Source of the DNA: Octopus vulgaris
Lineage: Eukaryota
Direction of reading: 5' to 3'
Assembly: GCA_951406725.2 (NCBI GenBank)
Contig: OX597840.1
Location: forward strand, 29,760,001-29,824,000
DNA: 64,000 nt
A program made the position numbers and the translations under genes. The notes beneath the pieces are model-generated. The model ran no database searches and was not told where the DNA came from. It was given only the letters and a program-made list of their open reading frames with translations. Positions 25,795 to 38,904 of the stretch are shown one piece after another (position 1 is the stretch's first letter; every line of letters begins with the position of its first letter).

Positions 25795-26008
25795 GTGGCG
25801 AGCTGGCAGAATTGTTAGCATGCTGGGCGAAAATGCTTACCAGTATTTCATCTGCATCAATGTTCTGAGTTCAAATTCCATCAAGGTTGATTTTTGCCTT
25901 TCATACTTTGGGGTCGATTAAATTAGTACCAGTTACGCACTGGTGTTGATGTAAACGACTTAATCCCTTACCAAAAATTTGAGGCCCTGTGCTTCCAGTA
26001 GAAAGGAT
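25795..26008 (+). mobile_element. SINE family B
   Basis: GGCGAGCTGGCAGAA head and Meta-like core. Confidence 0.8.
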
Positions 26009-26044
26009 TAATAAACTGTCTTAGGTTGACGAGAGAGGGATGAC

Positions 26045-26995
26045 CTCCCTTTGCAAATACCATAAGGGCAGTTACTTGTATTTCTTTTCATTACATGTTT
26101 TTCGTAAATTCTTGTCGGGAGGCTTTGGTCTTGTGCTGCAATTAAAAATCCCTCCGTCTCTGCTTTGAGTCCTGAGCTTCTCTGCCATTGTTGGATTTTT
26201 GCTTTGTCTATTTCTTTCGCGTTTAGTTTAACCCAGTATTTACCATGAAGGGGCTTTTCTTGCCATCGTTTTATCATGATCCGTTGCTGTTCCAGATTTA
26301 GTTTGGATTTCAGTTGTTTTACTGCTTTTGTTGTTTCTTCTTTTTCTTCATAGTTGTTAGATACCGTGACTTCTTTTTTGCATTTATTTCAGCGTCCTTA
26401 AAGACTGAAAACAGTTTTTTGTTTTGTTCGTGTTTTGTGGCTATTTCTATTAGTTTCCTTGCTTCTGAAGTAGGTATTTCTGTAGTCCTATGATGATTAT
26501 TTTGTAATAGTTTTCTGACTGTATAAGGCCTCTACCAACTTCTATACTATGTATATATAACCTTTCTGTGTCAGATTTTGGTTGGTGCATCCTAAATCCT
26601 GTCATTATTTTTCTTGTTTTCCCATCTATTTTGGTCAGTTCATTTCATGTCCAGTTAAGAATATTGTAGCTGTAACTTATAACTGGGACGGCTAGAGTGT
26701 TGATACCTATTATCTTGTTTTTCGCATTGACCTCTGTTTTCAGTATTAATCTGACTCATCTATAGTATTCTTTTCTTATCTTCTCTTTCATCTGCGTGTA
26801 TTGTATCTAATCCATTGATTGCTAAGTATTTGTTTGTCTGATTTGGTCTAATTCTCTTATTTCATTTGCTTTATCTAGTGTGATGTTGCTACTCTTAACT
26901 AGGTTTCTTCTTTTCAAGGTTGCTTTGGCACATTTTTCTAAGCCAAATTTCATATTTATTTTTTTGGTAAATCCATGCATGTCTTTCGTAGTGAT
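26045..26995 (-). mobile_element. R4/Dong-like ORF fragment (RT thumb to pre-endonuclease)
   Basis: MKFGLEKCA; WQEKPLHGKY...GLKAETEGFLIAAQDQSLPTR. Confidence 0.85.
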
Positions 26996-27819
26996 TTGGT
27001 ACCCAAAAAGAAACCTGTCAAATATGGGGCTGTGTGGTAAGAAGTTTGCTTCACAAACACATGGTCCTTGCTTCAGTCCCACTGTGTGGCACCTTGGGTA
27101 AGTGTCTCTTATTATAGCCTGTAGCTGACCAAACCCTTATAAGGGGATTTGGTTGACAGAAACTGAAAGAAGCCTGTCGTGTATATATATGTGCGCCTCA
27201 TGTTTGAAAGACCAGGAGAAAAGTTTACTTTGCTTAGAAACTGGATAACATTGGTAAAAAAGGACCATCTGGCCATAAAAAATCTACATCAGTGAATTTT
27301 ATTGTAACGAATCAGTACTGGCCATAATTTCTATAGTAAATATATGGAGATAACCTTAAAAATGACATAATCTTGTTGAGGCATTTTTAATCACAGTGCA
27401 CAATATTTCGGGCAAGTGTCTTCCTTTAACATAGCATTGGATCATTCCAAGTCTTGTGAATGACTCTGGATGGACAGAAACTCCTCAGATGAATTGAAAG
27501 TTGAAAGGTTTTTGTTACACACTGTATCATATTGATTCTACTTAAAGATTCCATTAGGGGTATGCATGTCTGAGAAATTCTCAACCATTTCGTTTATTAA
27601 TTCAATGACCATCTGGTTCAATTAATCAAACAACAGAGTTATTTTCACTAAAACTAATTAGAGATCCATTTAATTAAACATTGTGTCTCATTGCATGTAT
27701 TAAATTACAGGCCTCTGGAAACCTGTAATCCAGTATGACTTATTAAATGGTCATTGGGGATTAGACCATCACTTGACTAAGCTAGTCTCTACATCTCATC
27801 ATCATTATCAGCATCATCA

Positions 27820-28090
27820 TAATTGTGCATTATTTACATTATTTACACTCAACGGATATTTGTCCTCATCTTGTTTGTTGTTAACACAACGTTTTGGCTG
27901 ATATACCCTCCAGCCTTCTGCAGGTATCTTGGGGAAATTTCGAACCTGGGTTCTCATTCCTAAGGTATATTTTTCGATATTATTATTATTATTATTATTA
28001 TTATTGTTCAGGTCACTGCTTGGAATCGAACTTGGAGTCTTGGGGTTAGTAGCCCTAACTCTTAACCACTATGCCATATGCCTGTGGGCA
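27820..28090 (-). mobile_element. Penelope pseudo-LTR module without ORF (tRNA-like box plus hammerhead)
   Basis: Colinear with 28510-28750. Confidence 0.72.
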
Positions 28091-28489
28091 TATGGCCCGT
28101 GATATGGAGGTCATAATATAAGTGGCAGGGTATTGCCAAAGAAGCATAAGGGCCAAGTGTAGTGCAGTGAATGGTGAAAACTTGGGTATATAGATGGATG
28201 TGGGGGACAATGGGATAGCAATGATACAGTGAGCAGAAATGTGAGGACAAGATTGGGGAGTGAGAGATAAGCCTAGGGCATGAAATAGGAAATGTGAGGA
28301 AGAGAAGAAATGTAATTTGGTTTGTTGGTGTAGGGTGTGTGGAAAGTTTTATGGTTACATGTGGGTGGAAAACACTGCATCTAGAACTGTTTCCCTGATA
28401 TGAGAAGGTCTTCACAAGAACCTCATATTGCCAGACATCTCGATCCACTGTCACGTCCTCTGTGAGCCTCAACAACCTGAGATTACAGT

Positions 28490-28955
28490 TCTATATTTAA
28501 GAGATGAGGAATTATGTACATTATTTACATTATTTACATTTGACATTGATATTTGTCCTCATCTTTTTTGTTGAAAACACGTTTCAGCTGATGTACTCTC
28601 CAGACTTCATCAGGTTTCTTGGGGAAATTTCTCATTCCTAAGGTATTTTTCGATGTTATTATTATTATTCAGCTCATTAACTGGAATCGAACTCGGAATT
28701 TTGGGGTTAGTAGCCTGCACTTTTAACCACTACATCATATGCTCATGGACAATTTTAGGGCTTATGAATCTAATATTTTCCTATCCTTCCTTAATACCAG
28801 TTCCCATATGCTACTCAAATCTGCACTTAGTCTGCTTAGGAGGTTGATGTGTCCTAGCATATGTGCTGCTTCTTTTAGTTTTCGTATTTTCTAGTGGTGT
28901 TCTCTGTCTATTATTGTAACTTCATTCCACAGGGGTAGGTGGTCTCCATTTTCCC
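28490..28955 (-). mobile_element. Penelope-like element 3' end: GIY-YIG tail, tRNA-like box, hammerhead core
   Basis: WENGDHLPLWNEVTIIDREHH*KIRKLKEAAHMLG followed by CTGATGA...GAAAC at 28613-28581. Confidence 0.8.
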
Positions 28956-28959
28956 ACAA

Positions 28960-30560
28960 AGACTTTAAAGATGGAAGCGGTAGTTCTTCTCCCCACGTAC
29001 TTGGGGAGTAGAATGTCAAAAATAAAAATTAATGAAATACCACCAGAAGTAGATGCTACCTGGCTAGTGGCAGCAACAGTTGTCGGCTTGAAGAACAAAA
29101 ATTCTATTCTCCAAGCAACAACAAGAGAAAAACAAATTTGGCAGGGGCAAGGGCTTGAAATGTGGATCCAAGCTGCTCCTGCTGATTTAGATGGAATTAC
29201 AGAAGTGATCCAGGTGGGGGACACAAGACTAATTGTAATGGTAGAGGGGAGGAAGCCTTGCTGTTTCAAGTTTGGCAAGAAAGGCCATATAAGGACAGAG
29301 TGCAGCTCCCCACCCCCAGAAAACGAAAAAGTGGTAGCTCCCCCACCACCAGAGAGGAGGAAGAGGAAGAAACACCATCAACACCAATTACAACAGAGGA
29401 AAAAACGGAGTCCCCTGCAGAGGAAATAGATAACAACGAAGTAAAAGGTGAGAAGTAGAGCACAAAAAGTGGGAAAAGAAACCGACAACCCACTCATGGA
29501 AGACACCTCATCACATACACACAAAAAGAAAAATGCTACAATGGTACTAGAAGCAAAAATGGAAGACAAAATCCTAATGGTAGTCAAAGAAAGCAACTCA
29601 AGACTGCTAAGCAGATTAGCTGTGGTACCAACAGCAAAAGCTGTGGACTATAATAAAGAACCAAAAGGGATAAAAATATTTGTTATAGACATGAAAAACT
29701 ATTGGATTTTTAAATCCGAATTTCAAGACAGGCCCTCTTCGAAAGGACATTTCCCCAAAAATTTTTGAGGACAATCTCTCTTTTATATGTTATACCTTAG
29801 AGGGGATAATAGTAAACCTGGCTCACATGGGGCAGTGGTCCGTTTAGACCATGCTAAGGCTTTCGATAGGGTTGACCATCGGTTCATGGTGCCGGCCCTT
29901 GTGGCATTCAGCTTGAGTCCGAAATTCCTTAGGTAGATCATTATCGCGTATGGCAACATCGACTTCATAGTTTGAGTGAATGGTTTCTTTTCAAACCCAT
30001 TCTGCATCAAACGATTGGTTCGTGAAGGGTGCCCACTTTTGTATGTGTTGACTCTTGAGCCATTACTGCAAAGGTTTGAGGCAATGAGGAGCATCCCGAG
30101 AGGGCCAGGACATGGAGGATCGGTAACAGGATACGCAGATGACATCACCATCATCGTATCTGAAGTGGAACACCTACAGAGGGTAGATGATGCCATTAAG
30201 GAATACGAAACGGTGGAAGGAGCAAAAGTTAATTGTGAAAAGTCAATTGGCTTGCTACTCAGCAACTGGAGGGGCAAATCGATACCTCCCGACAGTGTTG
30301 TAGGAGTTCTAGGGGTTTGGTTTGATCTAGACCTCAAGATAGAGAAAAATTGGAGTGAGGTACTGAGCAGACCTGGTCTGGGTAGTGGCTATCCCTGAAA
30401 GGGAGGGCGGGGATTACCAATGTGTTTATCCCATTGGTGATTACCTACCACCTAACTGTTGTGCCTTGTCCTGATTCATGGCTGATCAAGTTAGAACAGC
30501 TGCTCTTTCGCTTTTTGTGGAAGGGCACAGGACCACTTGTGAAGTGCTCTTCCGGCTGAT
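28960..30560 (+). mobile_element. Tx1/L1-clade LINE remnant (ORF1 zinc knuckle plus RT)
   Basis: CCFKFGKKGHIRTEC knuckle; LDHAKAFDRVDH, VREGCPL, GYADDIT, GAKVNCEKS. Confidence 0.82.
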
Positions 30561-32136
30561 ACTTAATAGAAAACTTGCTCTGTTTCAGCTCCAAAACCTT
30601 TAAATACCAGTAGATTTGAAGACGAAAAATTTTTATTTGGTTTGGCATGTATAGAAAAAATGAAGGAAAAATAGGTCGCATCTTTTAGTAAATGGATTCA
30701 TATAGTAAGCTTCTTTTCCATTGGTTGAGTTCACAAAAGATTTCTCAAAGTGAACTGATTCAATGCCAAGGGATTAAGGTTTACTAGAATTAAGTGCATG
30801 TTGTGACTGATAGATAATTAAGATAACATCAACATGGTTAATGTAAGGAATATTAAAAAGTTAAATAGAAATAATTACTAGATGACAGACTGCTAGTTAA
30901 GTTGCCACTTGGCAGCACCTCGTGTGTCTTCTATAGTCACTGGGCAACCTAATGCTTTATGAGGGAATTTGGTACATGAAAACTGTGTGGAAGCCTGTTG
31001 TGTGTGTGTGTGTGTGAGTGTGTGTGTTTGTTTGTTTCCTCCACCATATGGTAACCAGTGTTGGGTTTTTTACATCCTCATAACTTAGCAGTTTGGCAAA
31101 AGAGACCGATAGAATAAGTACCAGACTTACAAAAGTAAGTTCTGGGGATTGATTTGTCTGACTAAGTCCTTCAAGGTGATGCCCCAGCCTGGCCATAGTC
31201 CAATAACTGTAACAAGCAACAAATAGAAGATAAATGGTTATACTTAAAACATAGATATAATGCAATGAAAACAGAAGAAACAAAAGAGTTAATCCAGTCA
31301 TTTGTACTATTTTCATTGTACAGCAAATATGGGAGACAACCCTGGAGAAGTTTCAGCCTTGTTCTGTCCTCATAATACTATCTTATTGTATAAAGACCAT
31401 GTTATGAAGTAATACACATTAGTCACTGATATTCTATACTAAAGACATTACATACACCATAAAAGGATTCTGATATCAGCTTAACTGAAATTTAAATGTA
31501 CCAGATATAATTAATTTCTGTAATTAAAGCAGTTCTAATTGAACTAATGGAAGAGTTAAAACTCCTACCAGCCATCAAGCCCCTGCTCTGCTTCTACCCC
31601 TTTCTGAATTGATCTGGTTACTTACGCAAGATATTAAATAGAAGCTTTGAAACTGAGCTATTGAGGAATAAAGACATTCATTCATTCATTCAAAGATTCC
31701 CGGAATCGTTATAGGAGTCTTAACGATATTTTAAATTTAATTAGCTACTACTTAGGATATAACTTACTGCTAATGGCGGGGATCAAACGCGCTAATTGAA
31801 ATAGCTTCGATTGATTGAAGACCTATGTCTGTTTGCTAGATAGACGATGGCTCCACCACCACCACCACCACCACCACCATCAACACTGCCGCCAACACCA
31901 TCACCACCACCACCGGACCCACTGCCACAGACTCAGCCACCGCCAATGCCACCAATGTAACCATTACCAAATATTTCATCTCACTCGGTGACTCCATATT
32001 CTTCCTGTTCAGAGGAATAAGTCAAAACAGCGAAAACTTTTATCCATAATCTTTTCATTTTAATGATTTAAAGGAAATTCAATGCTGACCCCCATTGTGG
32101 ACTTCTGGGATTTTCAATTCAATGCACAGTGTGTCA

Positions 32137-32258
32137 CTGCTGCTGCTGCTACCGATGCTGCTGCTGCTACCGATGCTGCTGCTGCTACCGATGCTGCTGC
32201 TGCTACCGATGCTGCTGCTGCTACCGATGCTGCTGCTGCTACTGATGCTGCTGCTGCT
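32137..32258. repeat. 18-bp minisatellite (GCTGCTGCTGCTACCGAT) x6, followed by (CTA)n at 32360-32570
   Basis: Direct inspection. Confidence 0.9.
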
Positions 32259-32358
32259 GAGGTGATGAGGAGGGTGCTATGTGCTTGTTTGATCAGCTGG
32301 AAATAGCAACAAGATGCCAAGCAAATCATACCCCTTGCGAAAGAAGACTACTGCTAAA

Positions 32359-32408
<50 letters not shown>

Positions 32409-32606
32409 ACTACTACTACTACTACTACTTGTACTGCTATCACTACTACTACTTCTACAGCTACTACTACTACTACTACAGCTACTACTACTACTGCTGC
32501 AGCTGCTGCTACTACCAGCACTACTATCATCGCAGTCACCACCAGCTCCATCACTACTACTACTACAACCACTAACATCGCCACCACCACCACCGACACC
32601 ACCAAT

Positions 32607-32838
32607 ACCTATTTCTTTACTACCCACAAGGGGCTAAACACAGAGAGGACAAACAAGGACAGACAAATGGATTAAGTCGATTATATTGACCCCAGAGCGT
32701 AATTGGTACTTAATTTATCGACCTCGAAAGGATGAAAGGCAAAGTTGACCTCAGCGGAATTTGAACTCAGAACGTAGTGGCAAATGAAATACCACTAAGT
32801 ATTTCGCCCGGTGTGCTAACGTTTCTGCCAGCTCACCA
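32607..32838 (-). mobile_element. SINE family B monomer
   Basis: Reverse complement of the family B consensus. Confidence 0.85.
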
Positions 32839-33276
32839 TCAATACCGCCACCACCACTATCACCACCAACACCATTACACCCACTGCTACCACCAGCACC
32901 AACACCACTCTGCCACCACTGTTGCTGCTGCTGCTACTACTACTGCTGCTGCTGCTGCTGGCCAACAAGTCTTTCCCTGCAGATATTTAATAAATAAACT
33001 GAACACTGCTGCCCTCTATGTCTGTAGTATGTGTGTATCTATGTGTCATATACATTTGTTTGGATGTGGGGATGGATGGGAGTATGCAGGTGTATACGCA
33101 TATATGTATGTTTGAGTATCTACATACGTGTATGCGTGTATGTCATTGTCCAGTTTTATTCCAAGATTTCTTGCCAATGGAGAAAGAACCGGTTTCTAAC
33201 CTAGAACCAAGGTTTCTTCATTGGAATTTCAACATCAACAACAGGATATTTTTGTATGTATGTATGTATGTATACA

Positions 33277-34035
33277 CCTTCCCATGTGTCAGGAGAGATG
33301 CGAGCATCTCTTAAGGAAGCCTTCAGCAAGTCCTTATACCCCTTTTTTGGTTTATGTGGAGGTCGTTCTCCTTTAGCTAACTCTCCATAAAAGAGTAGTT
33401 TTGGCATCCTTGAATCCTTCATCCTGACCAGATGACCACTCCATCTGAGCCTTTGCTTTAACACAAGAGCTTCTATACTTTCATCTCTGCACCTCTCCTG
33501 ACACATGAGAAGGCATAGCTATTGATCGTAGCAGGTGGAGAAGGATTGTGCATGAGGGGACAGCCACTTTTGAGAAATCTCGAGTTGCACATCAGAAAGT
33601 AAGAAGGGATGTCAGGAAGGGTATTGCTGTTACACTTCCAGATGGGAAGGGTCTTCCTATGATGCTGACATGCAGTGTCTGTGCAAGACCCTGCCACAGT
33701 AAAGCTGGACTCAAGAGTTATCTCCATAGTCATAAAGCGAGACTGATGAGTGACAACCTGGCCACTGGTGGTGGTGCTACACACCATACTAATCATATTT
33801 GTCAGGCATGTGGAAGAGAGTGTAATTCGGCAGGAGGACTTAAACGACATGCAAAGGTACATGAAGCCCAGTTACAACTACAGCCGGCTATTACCGGTAA
33901 AGGTCTTAGTTGCCAATTTTGTACAAGACATTGTAGATCTTTAGCTGGGCTAAAAAGTCACATTCGATCACAGCACCAGTAACAGTTAAGCTTCGTGCAA
34001 TGGCCATACTCGATAACGAGGGGTCAGCCACCATG
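33277..34035 (+). mobile_element. 5'-inverted RTE LINE 3' end with three C2H2 zinc fingers
   Basis: Minus 33277-33488 LRWSGHLVRMKDSRMPKLLFYGEL...ISPDTWE; plus from 33489 DRSRWRRIVHEG...three CxxC...HxxxH units, stop at 33982. Confidence 0.85.
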
Positions 34036-34099
34036 TATACGTGCAGATTTCTATGTTTTGCCTTATGTATGTATTCTCGTGAATATAGTTGCTTATCAA

Positions 34100-34492
34100 G
34101 ACATGCTCATAACAATAACTAACAATAAACCTGAGCACCTTTTCAAACTCCACCTGTCTAACACCCATGGACATGTTTACAAAGTCAGAAAACAACATAG
34201 CTCCTATGACTTTCGGAAACATTTTTTCCCGCTGAGAGTTGCTGAAGCATGGAACAAACTGCCGGCATCAGTTGTTAGTTGTCGGAGTACTGCATCCTTC
34301 AAAACTTCCATGCTTCCTGAGATTCGCCAACACTACACCTGATTTTCTCCTCTCCATACACACACAAGCATGTATCTGACTCATATACTGTTCGCTTCCC
34401 AGACATTTGTACATTACTGCATATGCTTTATACGCACTTTTGACAAGTTGTGGTGCACCTGAGCACTGTATACAATAATTTCATTATTATTA
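34100..34492 (+). mobile_element. CR1-clade LINE 3' end
   Basis: NTHGH...RKHFFPLRVAEAWNKLP...FK; (ATT)n tail; longer copy at 47475-48048. Confidence 0.85.
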
Positions 34493-34754
34493 TATTTAAA
34501 AGATAAACAATATGTTAATATATTTAAAAGATAAACTTTTGGAAAGTTTTACAGTTCCAGTGAGGGAGTGGAACTCTGTGTGTGTGCATGCATGCATGTA
34601 TGTATGTATGCATGCATGTATAGATTTGTGTATGTATGTGTTTGTACAGATTTGTGTATGTATAGATTTGTGTATGTATAGATTTGTGTATGTGTTTGTA
34701 TGTACAGATGTATGTATGTAAGTAGGTATTTTTGTAGGTTTTATCTATCTTTTC

Positions 34755-35158
34755 TATCTTTCACTTATATCAGTCATTAGACTGTGGCCATGCTGGAGCA
34801 GCGTCTTGGAGAATTTTTAGTCAAGTAAATCTACCCCAGGACTTATTCTTTGTAAGCCTAAAACTTATACTATTAGTCACTTTTGCCAAACTGCTAAGTT
34901 ACGGGGACATAAGTACACCAGCATCAGTTGTCAAATGATAGTGTGGGGACAAACACAAGTGCCCACAGACACAAACACACATGCAAACAAATATATGAGG
35001 GGCTTCTTTCAGTTTTCATCTGCCAAATCCACTCACAAAGCTTTGGTCAGCCCGAGGTTATAGTAGAAGACACTTGTCTAAGGTGCCATGCAATGGGACT
35101 GAACCCAGAACCATTTGGTTGGGAAGCAAGCTTCTTACCACATAGCCACACCTGTGCC
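34755..35158 (-). mobile_element. SINE family A, diverged
   Basis: Reverse complement match to the consensus. Confidence 0.8.
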
Positions 35159-35296
35159 TATTTTCTCCTGTCCCTTTTCTGCTGAAGACCCTAGGCTCGA
35201 AGCTTAAGAGACTTTCTCACTTTCCTGACAGTCAAACTAATACACTTGCTTGTTGTTCATACACCTGTCTTCGTCTTTTGATTTTCTACAAATTTC

Positions 35297-35350
<54 letters not shown>

Positions 35351-35666
35351 ACATTATTATCATCATTGTTTAACATCTGATTTCTATGCTGGCATGGGCT
35401 GTGCAGTTTGGCTTACAACTGGCAAGCCTGGAGGTTGCACCAGGTGCCAATCTGATCTGCTAAGGTTTCTACAGCTAGATGCCCTTCCTAATGCCAACCA
35501 CTCCAAGAATGTAGCGGCTGCTTTTTACATTCCACCAACATGAGAGCCAGTCAGGCAGTACTTGCACCAACATTGCTTGAACAGTTCTTTTCAAAAATTC
35601 CAATCCTAAAGGGTCGAAAAGAAAACAAACCCGAGCAATGCCGGGCGATACTGCCAGTATATACTA

Positions 35667-35706
<40 letters not shown>

Positions 35707-36963
35707 CCTCAGCTTTGAATAGATTATATTTATATATATGTATGTATGCAAGTGATTACATGTGTGAGTATGTGTGTATTTTCTGTTTGTGTTTGTACTA
35801 TTTTGTCTTGATATCACACATTAGTTGTAAACAAGCATCACTGTTGTACAAGCAGTGTGTTCCACTTCTGATTTTTCATAATAAACAAGTGTAGCCATGG
35901 GAGAAATCTTACCTTGCTTGGAAACAGGTGAGTGTTGGCAACAGGAAGGGCATCCAGCAGTAGAGGGTCTTCGTCAGCAAATTCCATCTGACCCATGCAA
36001 GCATAGGAAAGGTGAACGTTAAAAGGAAAAGATGGTGACAATGACGACTATGAAGATGATGATGATGACAATTGTCATCACGATCATAATAATGGTGATG
36101 ATGTTGAAGATGATGATGATCATGATCATGATGTTGAAAATGATGATGACGACAATGACGATGATGGTGATGAGGAGGATGATGGCTGGTGATGCTGTAG
36201 CTACTGATGATGATAATAAGGGTGTTGATGAGGATCATGATGATAGTGATGATGATGGCGACAATGATGAACCTGATAATGGTGATCATGAGGAGGAGGA
36301 AGAAGAGGATAAGGCTAATAATGATGATGATGATGATGTATATGTCTTGCCTGTTTGTAGTAGAACATAGAAAACACTTGTCTTACTCTGTAGACTGAAG
36401 ACAGTGCCATGCAGTGGAATTGAACCAGACAACAAAATGTTCAGAAACCAAGCTGCTTAACCACTCAGCCAAACATTATGAAATTCGGCAGCCCCCATCC
36501 TATTCTCATAGCCAAACAGCTAATGCGATTTCTATGAACTTCTATAAGCTTGTACGGCAATGAGAATATATTTGCCAGGCGCATATTATTTTGAATTACT
36601 TCTGAGAGACAATAAGTTATTTAAATCTTCCTGAGAGTGAAATTCACAATGGTAGCTATGACGATTCAGCAATTGTTGAATTTTGATTGATATAAATCCT
36701 ATCTGTAGCATGCAGATGTGTGCTGGTAATGCGAAGTGCGTGCATCAGTAGGTTTCTGTGTTGGGTCAGTAGATTTCGTTCACAGCCAATGAAATGAGGT
36801 GAATATGGAATATCTGGAATATGGTATAATGCGCTAACAGAGCTGTCTACATTATGTATAGGTAACTGACCAGACTATCAAACACACATTTACATATTTG
36901 TAGACAGGTCTGTGTGTGTTTGTGTGTGTGTAAATATAAGGAGAGACAGATTAGCATATATAC

Positions 36964-37010
<47 letters not shown>

Positions 37011-37014
<4 letters not shown>

Positions 37015-37177
37015 AGTTGCTGTGTGGTAAGTAGCTTGTTTACCAACCACAAGGTTCCAGGTTCAGTTCCACTGCATGGCACCTTGGACAAGTGTCTTCT
37101 ACTATAGCCTCGGGCCAACCAAAGCCTTGTGAGTGGATTTGGTAGACGGAAACTGAAAGAAGCCCGTCGTATATATG

Positions 37178-37208
<31 letters not shown>

Positions 37209-37416
37209 TTGTGTGTCTGTGTTTGTCCCCCAACATCGCTTAACAGCAGATGCTGGTGTGTTTACGTCCCCGTAAATTAGCGGTTCGGCAATAGAGACCG
37301 ATAGAATAAGTACTAGGCTTACAAAGAATAAGTCCCAGGGTTGATTTGCTCGACTAAAGGCGGTGCTCCAGCATGGCCACAGTCAAATGACTGAAACAAG
37401 TAAAAGAGTAAAAGAG
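37011..37416 (+). mobile_element. SINE family A, full length
   Basis: Consensus match. Confidence 0.9.
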
Positions 37417-37427
37417 ATATATATATA

Positions 37428-38229
<802 letters not shown>

Positions 38230-38415
38230 TCACAGATACAGACACACACACATATATATATATATATATACATATCACACATACAGACACACACATATAT
38301 ATACATACATATCACACATACAGACACACACATATATATACATACATATCACACATACAGACACATACACAGATATATACATACATATGTACACACATAT
38401 ATATATATATATATA

Positions 38416-38535
38416 GTTAATCCAAACATGAAAACACAAAGAGGATGTGGAACAAGTATAGTGTTATTGGACGCTCAGGAAAGAAGGAAAGAAGGATTTA
38501 ACGTTTCGAGTGGAGCTCTTCATCAGAAACATAGG
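38416..38535 (-). mobile_element. Penelope-derived short repeat with hammerhead core
   Basis: Minus strand CTGATGAAGAGCTCCACTCGAAACGTT. Confidence 0.65.
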
Positions 38536-38539
38536 TTGG

Positions 38540-38897
38540 GGCAGTGAACTCATGGTCGTAGAATCGCTGTTTCGATTTCCAGACCGGGCGTTGTGAATAT
38601 TTATTGTGTGGAAACTCCTAAAGTTCCATGAAACTCCAGCAGATGGTGGGGAGGCGAACATACTGTATTCTTTCACCACAACATTTTCTCACTATTTCTT
38701 CCTGTTTCTGTTGTACCTGTATTTCAAAGGGCCAGCACTGCCACACTCTGTGTCACGCTGAATCTCCCCCGAGAACTATGTTAAGGGTACACGTATCTGT
38801 GGAGTGCTCAGCCACTTGCACAATAATTTCACACGCATGCTATTCCCTTGATCAGATCGACTGGAACCCTCGTCATCATAAGCAATGAAGTGCCACG
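38540..38897 (+). mobile_element. SINE family C
   Basis: Colinear with 6485-6870. Confidence 0.82.
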
Positions 38898-38904
38898 GTT
38901 AAGA

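Noticed and set aside
32082-32637. AAAATD-repeat, antifreeze-like or poly-Leu/Thr ORFs
   Set aside because: 18-bp minisatellite and (CTA)n; no gene context
33548-33982. Host C2H2 zinc-finger gene
   Set aside because: In frame with RTE ORF2 motifs, lacks TGEKP linkers, and has an upstream stop
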